From: Vicugna vicugna
Lineage: Eukaryota
Direction: 5' to 3'
NCBI GenBank assembly: GCA_013265495.1
Contig: MU057416.1
Location: forward strand, 1,606,545 to 1,670,544
Length of the DNA: 64,000 bases
The position numbers and the translations under genes were made by a program. The notes beneath the pieces were generated by a model, which saw nothing but the letters and a program-made list of their open reading frames with translations, was not told the DNA's origin and ran no database searches. Shown here piece after piece: positions 49,090 to 61,430 of this stretch (positions are counted from its first letter, which is position 1; every line of letters starts with the position of its first letter).

Positions 49090-50660
49090 AGGAGGAGGGC
49101 CGGGACAGGCTCCCACAGGAGGCAGGGCGGCCTCCCAGCCCTGAGGACGTTCCCCCAAGGCCCGAGCCGGGAAGCCCTCGGCCTGCCCTGCCCTCCCCTC
49201 CCTCTGGGGCCGGCCCCAGATCCCGCCGCAGGAGCCTCCCCTCCCCCTCCGTCCCCTCCTCCCCCACCCCTTCCTGCCCACCCTTTCGCCTCGGTCGGTC
49301 GGGGTGGCAGGAAGGGAGGTGCTGGGCACCGGCCGTGAAGAGCCAGCCCGCTCACTCGGCGCCGCGCCCGCCCGGGCCCCGCCAGCCATGCGCCCCACCG
49401 AGCCCTGGAGCCCCAGCGCGGGGCCGGCGCCCTGGGACTACTCGGGCTCGGGCGCCCCGGAGGAGCTGGAGCTGTGCGCGGCGCGGGACCTGCCCTACGG
49501 CTACGCCTACATCCCCGCGCTCTACCTGGCGGCCTTCGCCGTGGGCCTGCTGGGCAACGCCTTCGTGGTGTGGCTGCTGGCGGCGCGGCGCGGCCCGCGG
49601 CGGCTCGTGGACACCTTCGTGCTGCACCTGGCGGCCGCCGACCTGGGCTTCGTGCTGACGCTGCCGCTGTGGGCGGCGGCGGCGGCGCGCGGCGGCCGCT
49701 GGCCCTTCGGCGAGGGCCTGTGCAAGCTCAGCAGCTTCGCCCTGGCCGGCACGCGCTGCGCCGGCGCCCTGCTGCTGGCCGGCCTCAGCGTCGACCGCTA
49801 CCTGGCCGTGGGCCGCCCGCTGGCCGCGCGCGCCTGGCGCACCCGGCGCTGCGCGCTGCTGGCGTGCGGCGGCGTCTGGGCCGCGGCGCGGGCGCCCGGC
49901 CTGCCCTCGCTGGCCTTCCGCGGGCTGCGGCCGCTCCCCGGGGGCCGCGGCAGCCAGTGCGGCGAGGAGCCGTCGGACGCCTTCCAGGGCCTGAGCCTGC
50001 TGCTGCTGCTGCTGACCCTCGCGCTGCCCCTGGCCGTCACCGTCGTCTGCTACTGCCGCGTGTCCTGCCGCCTGCGCCGCCCGCCGCACGTGGGCCGCGC
50101 CCGGAGCCGCTCGCTGCGCATCATCTTCGCCGTCGAGGGCGCCTTCGTGGGCTCCTGGCTGCCCTTCTGCGCCCTGCGCGCCGTCTTCCACCTGGCGAGC
50201 CTGGGCGCGCTGCCGCTGCCCTGCCGCCTGCTGCTGGCGCTGCGCTGGGGCCTCACCGTCGCCACCTGCCTGGCCTTCGTCAACAGCTGCGCCAACCCGC
50301 TCATCTACCTGCTGCTGGACCGCTCGTTCCGCGCGCAGGTGCGGCGGCGCGGGGCCTGCGGGCGGGCCGACAGCGGGGCGCGCGGGGGCAGCTCGGCCTC
50401 CTCGCTCTCCGGGGACGACGGCTCCCCGTTCCGGAGCCCGGCCCGCGGTCGGGGCCGAGCCCAGAGAGCGTACGCGCCCTCGGCCATTCCGTAGCCGCCC
50501 GGCCCGGCCCGGCCCGGCCCCCGGGGAGTGGGCGGCAGCTGAGCGCGGAGGGGCGGCAGGCTTGGCGAGGTGGGCTGGCCTCCCTCCCCGCCCGGCTTCT
50601 CCGGACCTGCTTCCCCGAGAGCTAGAGGGCGGGCTGCTCCGACGGCACGGTCTGCACTCA
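49090..50660. promoter_or_regulatory. CpG island covering the GPR25 promoter and gene body
   Basis: very high GC and CpG density; C-rich GC-box-like runs at 49190-49290. Confidence 0.85.
49388..50494 (+). CDS. GPR25: G protein-coupled receptor 25 (intronless class A GPCR, 368 aa; reported CXCL17 receptor)
   Basis: ATG in gccagccATG context; PTEPWSPS...WDYSG N-terminus, GLLGN, LAAAD, DRY, SWLP and NPLIY motifs; lies just 3' of CAMSAP2 as in other mammals. Confidence 0.96.
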   Translation: MRPTEPWSPSAGPAPWDYSGSGAPEELELCAARDLPYGYAYIPALYLAAFAVGLLGNAFVVWLLAARRGPRRLVDTFVLHLAAADLGFVLTLPLWAAAAARGGRWPFGEGLCKLSSFALAGTRCAGALLLAGLSVDRYLAVGRPLAARAWRTRRCALLACGGVWAAARAPGLPSLAFRGLRPLPGGRGSQCGEEPSDAFQGLSLLLLLLTLALPLAVTVVCYCRVSCRLRRPPHVGRARSRSLRIIFAVEGAFVGSWLPFCALRAVFHLASLGALPLPCRLLLALRWGLTVATCLAFVNSCANPLIYLLLDRSFRAQVRRRGACGRADSGARGGSSASSLSGDDGSPFRSPARGRGRAQRAYAPSAIP

Positions 50661-51307
50661 GGGTCTCCTTCACCAGCTTTCCCAGAGCCTCAGCGTTTTG
50701 AACTTCCCCCAAGCCAGGCCGCTGAGACCAGCTCTTCTCTCCCTTGGCCCACGGGACACCTGGGCTCATTTCCTCCAGTCCAGTGAAGGTCCTGTGAGAT
50801 GGAGCCGACAGCAACCCGAGCACCGCGTAGGGGAAAGGGAAGTGGGCCTTCCTTCAGCACCCCGTTGGCGACAGCACCGGCCAGACCCCACAGAAGTCAC
50901 CCATGTCTTGGGCTGTGGGTTCTTTGGTCCCTGGCAATGGCACTGCGTTCGAGAAATATCTTCTCCAGGTCAGGCCCTCTGGCCCCTCGCTTTCCAAAGA
51001 ATCCTACAGACGATGGAACCGACAGCCGTTTACAGCAGTCATCTCGGTGACTGACATCACCTGTCATCAGTCACCATCAGTTCAGAGCTTATCAAAGCTC
51101 TCCAAAGCCTGGGAACCAGCCCAGTGTCTCCTGCCAGCTGCCCCAGAAGACCAGGCCTGCCGGGTTTTGTGTCTTCTTACGCCCTCCTCCCCCCGAAGCG
51201 GCAGGACTCACCCTGGAAGCTATCCTGACTTCCCCCGGGCAGAGGGATCTGGAAAGTCCGCCCCTCAGCCGGGGCTCCAGGACCGTGGCTGTGAGTTCCC
51301 CTTTCTC

Positions 51308-51313
51308 AATAAA
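51308..51313 (+). terminator. Probable GPR25 polyadenylation signal AATAAA
   Basis: canonical hexamer about 0.8 kb after the stop, followed by GU-rich gtgtctgtcttt. Confidence 0.7.
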
Positions 51314-51926
51314 TGCTGTCGCTGCCCCTCCTGACACCGTGTCTGTCTTTACTCGGACAGCGGGAGTGAAATGAGTGTCAGGAGGCCAATCGAACACTGG
51401 ATCAGACAAAACTCAACCCAGTAGTTGAGGCTGACCTCAAAGTGATGGGGATGTGGTGTGACGTCGGGGGCAGAGGGAGCCAGCGGCCGCTGTGGGCACA
51501 GGAGGCCCACAGGAGGGCAGCAGATCATTTGTTCTTATTATTTTAATGGACGGCTCACATTTTGAAGGATATGGAGAGAAAAAAAAGATAGAAGGGCATC
51601 TGCCAGCCAGGTGTCCCTTCAAAGAGGAAACGTGTCACTGTGATTTTCAAATCGGCATGGGGCCTTTTTTTCTATCCCTTTTGAGACCATCCAGTACAAA
51701 AGTGAGGAGCATCCATTTCCTGACTCTGTGACTTAGCCTCTGAGGTTTCTGGAGGGTTTGGAAATTCAGTGTTTATATTTTTAAAAGAACTTGGCCTAAA
51801 ATGTCAGTCAGTGCAGAAAGGAACTCAAATTCTGAGAGCCGCCTCTCAGCCAGGTCCCCGGGCCAGTCGTGAAGTTCAGGTTCTCGGGAATTCAGCCCAG
51901 CTGGGGGCGGAAACCTGGGCATGGTC

Positions 51927-51986
51927 CCTCTCTGTCTCTGTCTCTCTCTGTGTCTCTCTCTGTGTCTCTGTCTGTCTCTCTGTGTC

Positions 51987-52066
<80 letters not shown>
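51927..52066. repeat. Compound (CTGT/CT)n polypyrimidine microsatellite
   Basis: about 140 bp of ctct and ctgt units. Confidence 0.92.
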
Positions 52067-52067
<1 letters not shown>

Positions 52068-55000
52068 GGGCTGTGTAACCTCCCCCCAGTACCAGTGGGT
52101 TTCTCTTCAGCCTTTGGGGCTGGTGGATTAGTGCATGCGGACCCCCCTCCCCCCCGTCAGCCGCCATAGCGGGCCAAGCTGGGAGGAGACACCCCTGCGG
52201 CCCCCCCCAAGCACACCTGAGAGAGGTGGGCCTTGCAGCCCGTGGGGTCACTGCTGCCGCCTCCAGTCCAGGCACTTTGTCCGGGTGCTCAGGTGCACTG
52301 TGGACACTCACCACGGCTCTCCCGGGCAAGAAATGAGTGTTTCCTGTGATGAGGCCCGAGGACGGGGGTGCCAGCTCTCATCCGGGTTTGCGTGTGGCCC
52401 GCCCTCAGCTGACAGCAGAGGCGCCTTCTGGGCTGTTCTGACGGAGCCCCCAGCTCTACCCCAGCCACCTTGCTTCTCAGGCTTGCTGACAAATTGCGCT
52501 CCCTGAAGACAGACAGGAAGAAAGCGTCTCCATCCCCCTCCTCCCCAGGCAGTTATCACAACTCAGCATTTCCCTCCTGCTGCTGAGACGTTGGAAAATG
52601 CTGATAAGCTACAAGCAAAAAGGGCGGCAAAGCTGCTTGGGGGGGGGGAGATGCACTATAGCTACTAGCAGGGGCTTTGTCGAGGCACCACCAAGTCCTC
52701 TGGCTAAAAACTACCTTTTGCTCTTTGCTCTCTCCAGCTCCATCGGGGGCTCTTCTCTCTTGGTGGGTGTTAACCAGCGGACGCCCGGATGCCCACCGTC
52801 TTCTCTCTCTGCTGCTTGTCTTTCCCGTCGGACTGAGAGCTCCGTCCACCAAGGGAGGGTCTGTTTTGTTGGCTGCTGTGTACCCAGTGCCTGGAACAGT
52901 GCCTGGCAGGGGGCTGCGGCACCCACCGCCCGTGGAGGGAAGGGTCTTCAGGATGTGAGATAAGAAATACTGTGAAGGGCAAACGGGAGGCGGTGGCACT
53001 TTATGTACGATTTATAGGTGGTGCACAGGAAAGGCTGGGGGGAATACTGTCCGAGTTGAGGGCGGCTGTGTAGGTGGGAGGCACTGCAGACCCCTCTCCC
53101 CCTCCACTTCTTGGTCTTGAAATTTTTGATGAGTTTTTTAAGGGCAGTGGACACAGAGCTGTCACACTGCCCCAGAGCTGGTGCCCTGACCTGCTTTCCT
53201 GGGGCAGCCCTGCCAGGCACCCCCTCGAGCCTCTTTCTTTGTCTGAAGGATGGAGGAGACTGTCAAGTCTGCTCAGTCGCCTCACAGATCAAAGGAAATC
53301 CTATTCTTGAAAGTATTTCGGAAATTGGTGTTTTAGACAAAGGACCAAAGGGTCCAGCCCCTCCCCAAACCCCGTTACCCCTTCTCCATCTCCCGCTGAC
53401 CCCTCCTCTGTCAGGCCGCCCCTCCCCATCCTCAGCTCCCCCTATCCCACAATGCCGCCACCTCCCCACATCGAGGGTTGCCCCCACCCCTTCTCGGCCA
53501 GACCCTCCCCATCCCTGGCTTTTCTCGCCCCATCTCAGGCTGCCCCCAGATCCCGGGCCACCCCTCCCCTGTCCTGGCTGGCCCACCCTACCCCAGGATG
53601 CCCCCTCCCCATCCTGGCCAGCCCCGCCTTGCCCAGAATCTGTGGCCGGGAAAGGAGACAGGTGGAGCTGCTCTGGGGTTTTTAAAGATCCGAAGAAGTC
53701 TGGGCACATTGGCCTGTGTAGTTCTGATTTGAACTTGTGACTAATTCTGGGCTTTCTTCTCACTTCCCTCGACCTCGTGGGCTCTTTCTCAGGGCACCGT
53801 GTGGTGACCCAGGGTCCCTGGGTGAGTGATCTGGGGAGTTCAGGCGAGTGGCAGGGCTGGCAAAGACGCTTTTGGTGACATGACTCAGCCCCCGTGACAC
53901 TTGGGTAGAGCAGGGCTCTGGACACTTGTGAGGGTGTCTGGAGCACTTCTGGGGTCTAGATCCCACCCCACCTCGGCCCACAGGAAGCCACTACCCCCGC
54001 CTCCGTCAGGACTCCGCCCTCAGTCCAACGGGGCGAAGATGAAAAGACCCCGTGGCCAAAGACCAGATTGCTTGGTAGGCGGGCGGGGACGTGGGAGCAA
54101 GGACGGGCACCCACCTTCCTCCCTTTACCATCGAAGCAGACCGCAGTGGCGTCTCTCACGCGAGCAGGCCTGCGCCAGATCCCCGCTGAATGGCGTCTCA
54201 GGACTTGAGAGCTGGGGGCCGGCTGCGTGCATTCTCTGAGGAGGACACTGAGGACCAGGGGTGGGAGGTAACATCTTGCTTGAGGTAACAGCCACCGCTG
54301 TATCCCTGCAGCACTGCACACAGTTTAAAAAACACACATAGGTGATTTCCTTGATCCTCACACCCTGTGGCAAACGGGAACGATCACTTCACTCAACTGA
54401 AGATGAAACCGAGGCTCCGGAGGACGGTGGCCTGGGCGCGTGGCAGCGAGCCAGCGTTGAAGTCCAAAGCTCTGCCTCTCCCTCCCTCCTCGCCCGGCGC
54501 TGCCCCTGCTGCCGTGTGACACTCGGGTGCTCCCCACTGCCCCGCACTCCCGCCTGGGGACGCCCAGGCCCAGGCTCGCTCTTAGAGTGTAAGGTTCCCA
54601 CTGATTATTCAAGTAATACAGGTTCTTTGATTTTTTAAAAAAGTAAATTACAGGAAAATAAAATGAAAAAAATGGAAAACACCCGTTACTCCACAGTGAA
54701 GCGATGCCTTCTTTATCTACGTATATAGTAACACACGTGTGCATTTTCCCCCCGCTAAACTGAGGTCAGTCCAAAGGAGGCCAAACACTGAGTCTGCTGT
54801 GTCCCCAGGCGTACACCCGGTGCCCGCCCCGGCCTGGCCCTCAGGGACCGTGTGGCCTGTGTATCACGTACACGGCGTTGTGGCCTGCCCCCTGCATTTG
54901 GCAATGTGCCGTGTTTTACTGTGTCATTAGATCTTGTTCCAAAACACCTCCGCAGGGTTACATCACCTCATCATGTGAAAGTAACGGCATTTATTTCACC

Positions 55001-55383
55001 AAGCCCCTCACCTTTTTTTCAGTTTTTCACTCTTGTAAGCAGTTCTGTGATCCACCTCCTTGTACCAAAACGGGAACCAAACCCCGTGACCCCGTTTAAG
55101 GGAAAAACGACAAAAAATTTTAAAAAAATGTTTAAAGGACTTCTGTTGTTGCCCCCATTTTACAGATGGGGACTCAAATGCCCACGTTGTGGGCCTGCCA
55201 GGGTCCCACGCGTGGGGCAGGACTTCCTGGGCCACCGCTGAGCCCATCTTCCACCTCCACTAGTCTGCTGGTGCCCCGCTCACCCTGCTTCTCAGCAGTT
55301 AGCACTAAGGCCAAGGGTGCCCGGGGTCAGGCCGCCATTGCCGGCCCTGCGCGCGGCGACCCACTTTGTTCTCAGAAGAGCAG

Positions 55384-55740
55384 TGTGATGGTTACTTTCA
55401 TGAGTCAGCTCGACGGAGGCACCAGCACCCGGGCATTTGGTCAGATACTATTCTGGGTGTTTCGGGATGAGAGTAACCTTTGCGCCGAAGACTGAGTAGA
55501 GCGGGCTGCCCTCCGTCTCACCCACCCACTGAAGGCCTGAACGCACACAAAGGCAGAATGAGAGCGCGCCCACTGTCCGCCCGACCGCCTGGGCTGGGGC
55601 GTCAGATTCTCCTCCCTCGGGACTCAGACTGGGACTGGAAGCCGCCTCGACTCTCCTGCGTCCCCAGCTTGCGGCGGGCCACTTTCTGACAGTAAACGTC
55701 TTCATATCCACTCTGCCTCTCTGAAGAACCCAAACACAAG
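55384..55740 (+). mobile_element. ERVL MLT2-type LTR remnant
   Basis: tgtgatggttactttcatgagtcagctcgac...catttggtcagatactattctgggtgttt; homologous to the copy at the window end. Confidence 0.7.
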
Positions 55741-57824
55741 CGGGGTCGCCCCCACCGCCCCCAGGAGACGACGACGTTTGGGCGTCAGATTGAGAGGGGG
55801 AGCGGCGGTCTTCCCGGGTGTGCTGGGGTCGAGGCCAGGACTGGGGAAGTGGTGCTGAAGCCCACACACGCCAGGGGTCCCCGGGCAGCCCCGCCGGCAT
55901 ATGGGGGACGAGGTGCTGGGCTTTGATGGGCAGAAGCCGGGGGCGCAGGCCCGAGGTGACAGCTGCCTGTCTGGGAGGCTGTGGTTTGCCCCAGGAAGAC
56001 GTGTCAGACAAGGGTGAGTAATCCAGCTCACCCTGCTCTGAAAATGACTGTCTCCGGTGCATGCCGCCCACCTCCCCCTCACTGCCGGCCTGTTCACCTT
56101 CACCCAAACTCCCCAAAACAAGCAGGTCGCCCTGGGCTGGGGCCGAGCCCACAGCGTCATGGCCCGAGCAGGTCCCGGGCTCGCTGAACTCTTCGCATCT
56201 TTTCAGCGTTGTTCCTGTTTGTTTCTGTTTCTAACAACCTGTGGCCTTAAATCTTCTCGGAGTTTCCCGAAACCGTGATCACCATAAAGAGAGAAGACGT
56301 CCTGTTCAGAGGCAACAACTTGGGATCCCCCACCCAAATTACAGTCCTCTTCACGTTCCTACCTCCTCCTCCCAGCCCTTCCCCGCCCTGCTCCTACCTC
56401 GCTGGGATCACCAGGCGCTCTGCTGTTCCTTCTTTCCCCCAGAACGCGCTGCAAGCGTTGTCTGTGCTGCCCCACAGGGGTCAGGGGGTCGCCTGAAGGC
56501 TCCCCTGTGGGGCAGCCTCAGCGAAGCTGGCATGGAACCCACAGGTGCCCGCCTGACGGTCAAGGTGCTGGCGCCGGCTCTGATCCACGTGCGCAGGGGA
56601 CGCCTTTTCCACTGCGTGCAGGGCTGGTTTGAGCGTCAGCTCCAAGCCCCCTGCCACCGGCCTCCTCTGGGCCCCTGTCCTCGCTGTCTGGTGTGACCGC
56701 CAAGTCTCGTGGCCTCGCCCCTTTGAGACGAAGCGCCCTCCCCTCTCCCGGGACAGCAGCAGCTTGGGGACAAAGCCCTTGGGAAGCAGCCCAGCAACCG
56801 AGCAGCCAAGTGCTCAGCAGCGATAACCCAGGCCCCAGAGGCGCGCACACTGGCCGCTCCCGGGGTTCGAGCCCCAGCCGGCTCCACACTGCCCTTGCCG
56901 TACCAGCCTCTTCTCACCTCTCAGTCCTCATCCTAAGACGGGGGTAACGCTCCTCATCACGAAGGGAACAGAAAAGGGTCAGCGTGCTGGGGACCGTCTG
57001 GCAAATTAAGCTTCATGTTTGCTGTAATTATTGGGGTTTAAAAAAACCAGTAAAGACAGTTGTTAAAAGCAATGGAGTCCCACCCTGGTTTTGGATTTCT
57101 TTCTCAACTTCACGGTCTCAATGCATTTTTCTTTTGCATTTCCTATGGGCCGGGCAGTGTGCAAGGCCACGGGGCTGCAGAAGTTAAAAAGGCTCCCAGT
57201 TCTCCAGACCAACCCCGACAGCCTGAGCCTCCACCCCGCACAGAGAAGGCTGGGGACTGTGGGCTCACCGGCATCGAGAACGGAGTAAAGCCACGTGGAC
57301 CTCCAGTTGGGGTGAAGTGTTTTTCTTTCCCTTGTTCTTTTCCCTTGAAACTAAAAGGCATACGAAGCCTTCTGTCCTGTGACGCTGTCGCTTTTACACA
57401 TCACGGGTCTCCAGGGTCAGCCCATCACGGGACCCTTCAGTGACAGGCTATGAGCAGACCCAGGCGTTCTGTCTCTCTGGGCTGGGAGCGTCCCGCAGAG
57501 CCCAGGGCGTTCCCTGCAGTGAGCAGGGCGGAGAGCCGTCCACGGGATGGCTCTGCTGAGGCGCTGCGCCCCGCGCCCGACGCTGGGCCGCCCGCGCGGC
57601 CCCGCCAGCCCAGAGAGCCCGGGCCCCGGGGTCGGGGGCCCAGCCTGTTCTCCGGAGACTTACCTAGTTTATCGCTCTTTGAAAATGTTTCAGATCTTTC
57701 ATGAAACACATTCAGCAAATGGCTACAAGCTCCTTTCAAAGGAAACCCCAGCCTTTTCCTAAGTCCAGTGCTTATGTTCTCATTTTAACTGAGGTCATCT
57801 TTCTAATTCAGAAGCTGTGTTCCT

Positions 57825-57960
57825 GGGAGGAGGGCCCGCTCAGCGCTGGGGCGCGTGCTCAGCAGGCACGAGGTCCCCAGTGCCTCCACTGAAGTAAATA
57901 CATAGGCGAATAAATAAACCTAATTATCTCCTCCCCTCCCCCCAAAAAGCAAAACAAAAC
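57825..57960 (+). mobile_element. Degenerate tRNA-derived SINE with internal deletion of the B box
   Basis: gcgcgtgctcagcaggcacgaggtccccagtgcctccact...aaataaacctaatta. Confidence 0.7.
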
Positions 57961-60939
57961 TGTTCTTTTTGAATACCACGCCTGGAGGTTAAGCTGATGT
58001 TAAAACGGTCTGCAATAAAAAAAATCAGCTGAAGTCATTTAATCATTTAGAGTGCATCCTATAAAAGTAAGTTTCGGAAATTTAAGAGAATTGTGTTTTG
58101 CACACCTTCTGTTATGCCATGTAAATTCCTTTCTTCATATGATTAAAGAAAGGTTATGATAAAATGATGGGCTAATTTACAGTCACTTGTAGCAATAACA
58201 TGAGAATTTGAATTTTGGGTTTGTTCACTCCTGTGAATGATGCTAAAGTTAGGTGAAATTTTCTTTCATGGTCCCCAAACTCACCATTTGGTCCTCTTTA
58301 ATTTTTCAGGAGGGCTCAGTAAAAACTGTTCACTCAAAAATAACAACACAAAAGGCTGCAAGCATGTATCCACGAGTTAAAAATGAAAGGCTCAGAGCAG
58401 AACAGTCCACACACACACTCAACCATGCCGCCCTCCCTGCGAGCTGGCCCACCGGCAGGAGGCCAGAGAGAGACGGACAGACTACCTCAGGTCTGCAAGT
58501 GAAGCCACGCGTCAGGCCGCTTCACGGACGCTTTTGGACACTGACGAGCCTGTCTCTCTGGGTCCCGCGCTGAGAAGCCACAGGCGCCCTGTGCTCTCAG
58601 ACGCTAACCCAGGGCGCACAGCTCAGCAGAGCTCGCCGAGGGCCCCCCAGCATGTGGCATAAACAGGGAGGCTATTGTCAAATATAGCAAAGCAGTGTGG
58701 GCGTCTTCTGGGGGTTTTCATGTTTCACAGTCTAGGTGTGGAAGACAGCTCACTAAGAAGGCAGTGGCTCACATCGTATGAAGTTTATTGCTTTTTAAGA
58801 GAAAAAATTATTTGAAGTAGACATAGAAAGTCTCCTGCTGCAACGTCTCATAAAATAACCGAGCCAGGCCACCGTCCTGGGTGTCTGTCAGAGGGGCGGA
58901 CCCGAAGATCCCGGGGCGGGCGCCGATGGGAGCTGGGCGGCAGCCAGATGGTGGCACGTCACCTCACAGGTCACGTCCAGTGACAAAGGGGAACAGCCTG
59001 CTGGTGGAGGGTCGCAAGCACCCGGAACCCCCGCTAACCCCACATCACTGTCAGAGGAGCCACCACAGGCGAGGGGGGTGGAACGCCCAGTACCACCTGT
59101 GAGGTGTTCTTGCTAAATACAGACGCCAGAATCTCTAGTCTAAGCCTTTGCAACTAACTTCAGGAAGTGCAGGGTTAGGAGCAAGTGAAATGCACGGTGA
59201 GGAGGCCTCGGGTGGAACACCGAGTGTAGGACGTTGCAAGAGGCCACTAACCTGGTTTCTGAAAATGACAGACATGATTTTAAAAATCGGGGTGGAGGGC
59301 AGAAGGCCATGTGTAGACCTTACTGGACGCAGATACAAACAGACCAGCTTTGAAAGACAGTGCTGGGGAGCCGGGAACTTTGAGTGGACTTGGTATTAGG
59401 TGACATTAAGAGTTATGGTGTGAATGCCACATGATCATGTGAGAAAAACGCCCAGTCTCTTTTCCAGAGATGTACTCTGCAACAGAGACGTGACCGGTCA
59501 CCAGGTCACCAGAATCCTCTTTCAAACATTTCACTAAAGAAAAGGTCATCTGTGGAAACACGGGGACATGCGAACAATCACTACGTTTAGGTGGTGGAGC
59601 ACGGGATTCCACGCCACTCCACTTGACTTCTGCTGTTAGAAAGGTTTCATAATAAAAAGTTTTAAGCTATTTAATTACAGAAATTGCACATATATACGGA
59701 ATACGTTTTCATGGCCAGAAGTTCTCATTCCCTCTGCCCCCCGTCCTGAGCCCAGGCCCCTTCCCAGAAGTAACCACAGTTACCCCTGGCCGCTCCATGG
59801 AGCTGGCTTTCCCCCCACTTCCCCCCCGAGAGTGATCAAAGCACCTAGAACACGCTGGTGAGTGCATTTACGCACAAACAAATGAAAACGCATTGCGTGA
59901 GTCGCCCGGCCGCGGACGAGGGTGGGGGGCAGGAGGGCTCTGAGGGACGTCTGAAGGGGTCACACGTAGCTGGGTCCATGGGCCATTTCAACTGCTTTAA
60001 ACAGCATCTGACCTCAATTTAAACCAGCCTCCCTCCAAAACAGGTTCCCTTCGCATCACCCTGAGTAGGTTAAGAGACGCCAAGGGTATGAGGCACTAAT
60101 TTCTTTTCAGTTACCCTGGTGCCAAGGACACAGACCCGTGGCCTGGCCACAGCAGGGGGTTGGCCTTTTGAAGCTTCGAGCTGCTAAAACCACAGGAAGT
60201 AAAACTTGGTCGCCAGTACACAGGTTTGGAACATGAAAGATACAATTATCATGCAGAAATATTATTATTTTCCTGAGAACTGGGGCATGAGAAAGAAGAA
60301 AAACCTTTTTTTTTAAGATGAGGGTTGTGGGAAAAAAACACCTTTTAAAAAAACCTTTTATTGGGAGCTTACTGTGTGCGATTCCAGTACCCTCACCCCA
60401 GCCACACACGTGGGCCCTGTCTCCCCCATTTTACAGATGACGAGACTGAGGCTGTTTGTCTGATTCCAAAGCACATATTCTTAACGTCTCTCCTAAATTC
60501 TCTGCCTGAGCCACTCAACATGCAAGGCCCCAGGCGGATCAGGTGCTATTTTAAAGGGCACCTCCAGCCCAGGACTTTAAGAAGGGCGTCCTGACCATAA
60601 TCCAGGCCTGGCCAGAGCAGCCCCCGCCACCATCTCTCCTGCCAGCTGCCCCGTCTTCAGCCCTCAGGGTCCTGAGGACCAGGATCTGCTCCCCCTCAAC
60701 CCCGCGATTCTCCACCCCACAGCCCCACGGAGGGCCTGGAGCTGCCTCGCACCTGGGTGTCGTCTGGGTCTAGATGCTCATCTCCGCCTCAGAGGAAAGA
60801 CCCCCAAACGCCTGCGTCCCCTGCTTTGGTGTTTAAAAGGCATTTGTCTTTGCAGTTGTACTATTTTTAACACAATTCACGGCCTTTCCTTAAAGTTTCC
60901 AACTGGGTCTCCAGAAAGAAAAGAGAGACCAGCCAGAGA

Positions 60940-61430
60940 GGCCAGGGCGGTGGGGCCGGCTGGACACGCAGACCCACGGAAGACAGAAAGGGGACAGGGG
61001 CTGGGGCTGGCGGGGTCCAGGCCCCGCAGCAGCCGCGGGCAGCGAGGCAGAGCCCGGCTGGACCAGAGCCCAGGACCCGCTGGCTGTTCACCGCTTTCTC
61101 CCTCCCGGCGCGTGGAGACTCGAGGGCCCGCCGGGCACTGTCGCCCCCTGGTGGCGGCGGCGGGGGAGCAGGGCCTGGGGAAGGGGGGCGAGCTCCGTGC
61201 AGGCGGCACTCCGTCCAGCAGCCCTGCTGCCGGGATGGAGCGGCTGGAGAGGAAGGGGAGGAGGAAGACAGGAGGGGCAGGAGAAAGAAGAGAAGAAAGA
61301 GGTTAGGCGGGGAGGGGGCGGGGCGGGACCCTAAACTCTGCAGAGAGACCAGTGAGAACCGCCGGCCTGGAGGTTGCTGGCACTCTCCTGCCTCACGCTC
61401 AGGAGTCTGAGCCCCGGTGATGGGTCAGCC
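60940..61430 (+). promoter_or_regulatory. CpG-rich promoter-like region with clustered GC boxes
   Basis: GGCGGGGAGGGGGCGGGGCGGG at about 61306-61327, raised CpG and an adjacent CTCF motif. Confidence 0.5.
61138..61157 (-). promoter_or_regulatory. CTCF motif (reverse orientation)
   Basis: reverse complement reads CCGCCACCAGGGGGCGACAG. Confidence 0.65.

Noticed and set aside
49304..49387. 28-aa N-terminal extension of GPR25 from a GTG start
   Set aside because: Homology begins at the ATG at 49388, which has a good Kozak context; an open upstream frame is expected in a CpG island.
49474..50625. 383-aa alternative-frame ORF and 279-aa antisense ORF overlapping GPR25
   Set aside because: Low-complexity Arg/Ala/Pro/Gly translations expected where extreme GC content removes stop codons; no recognisable domain.
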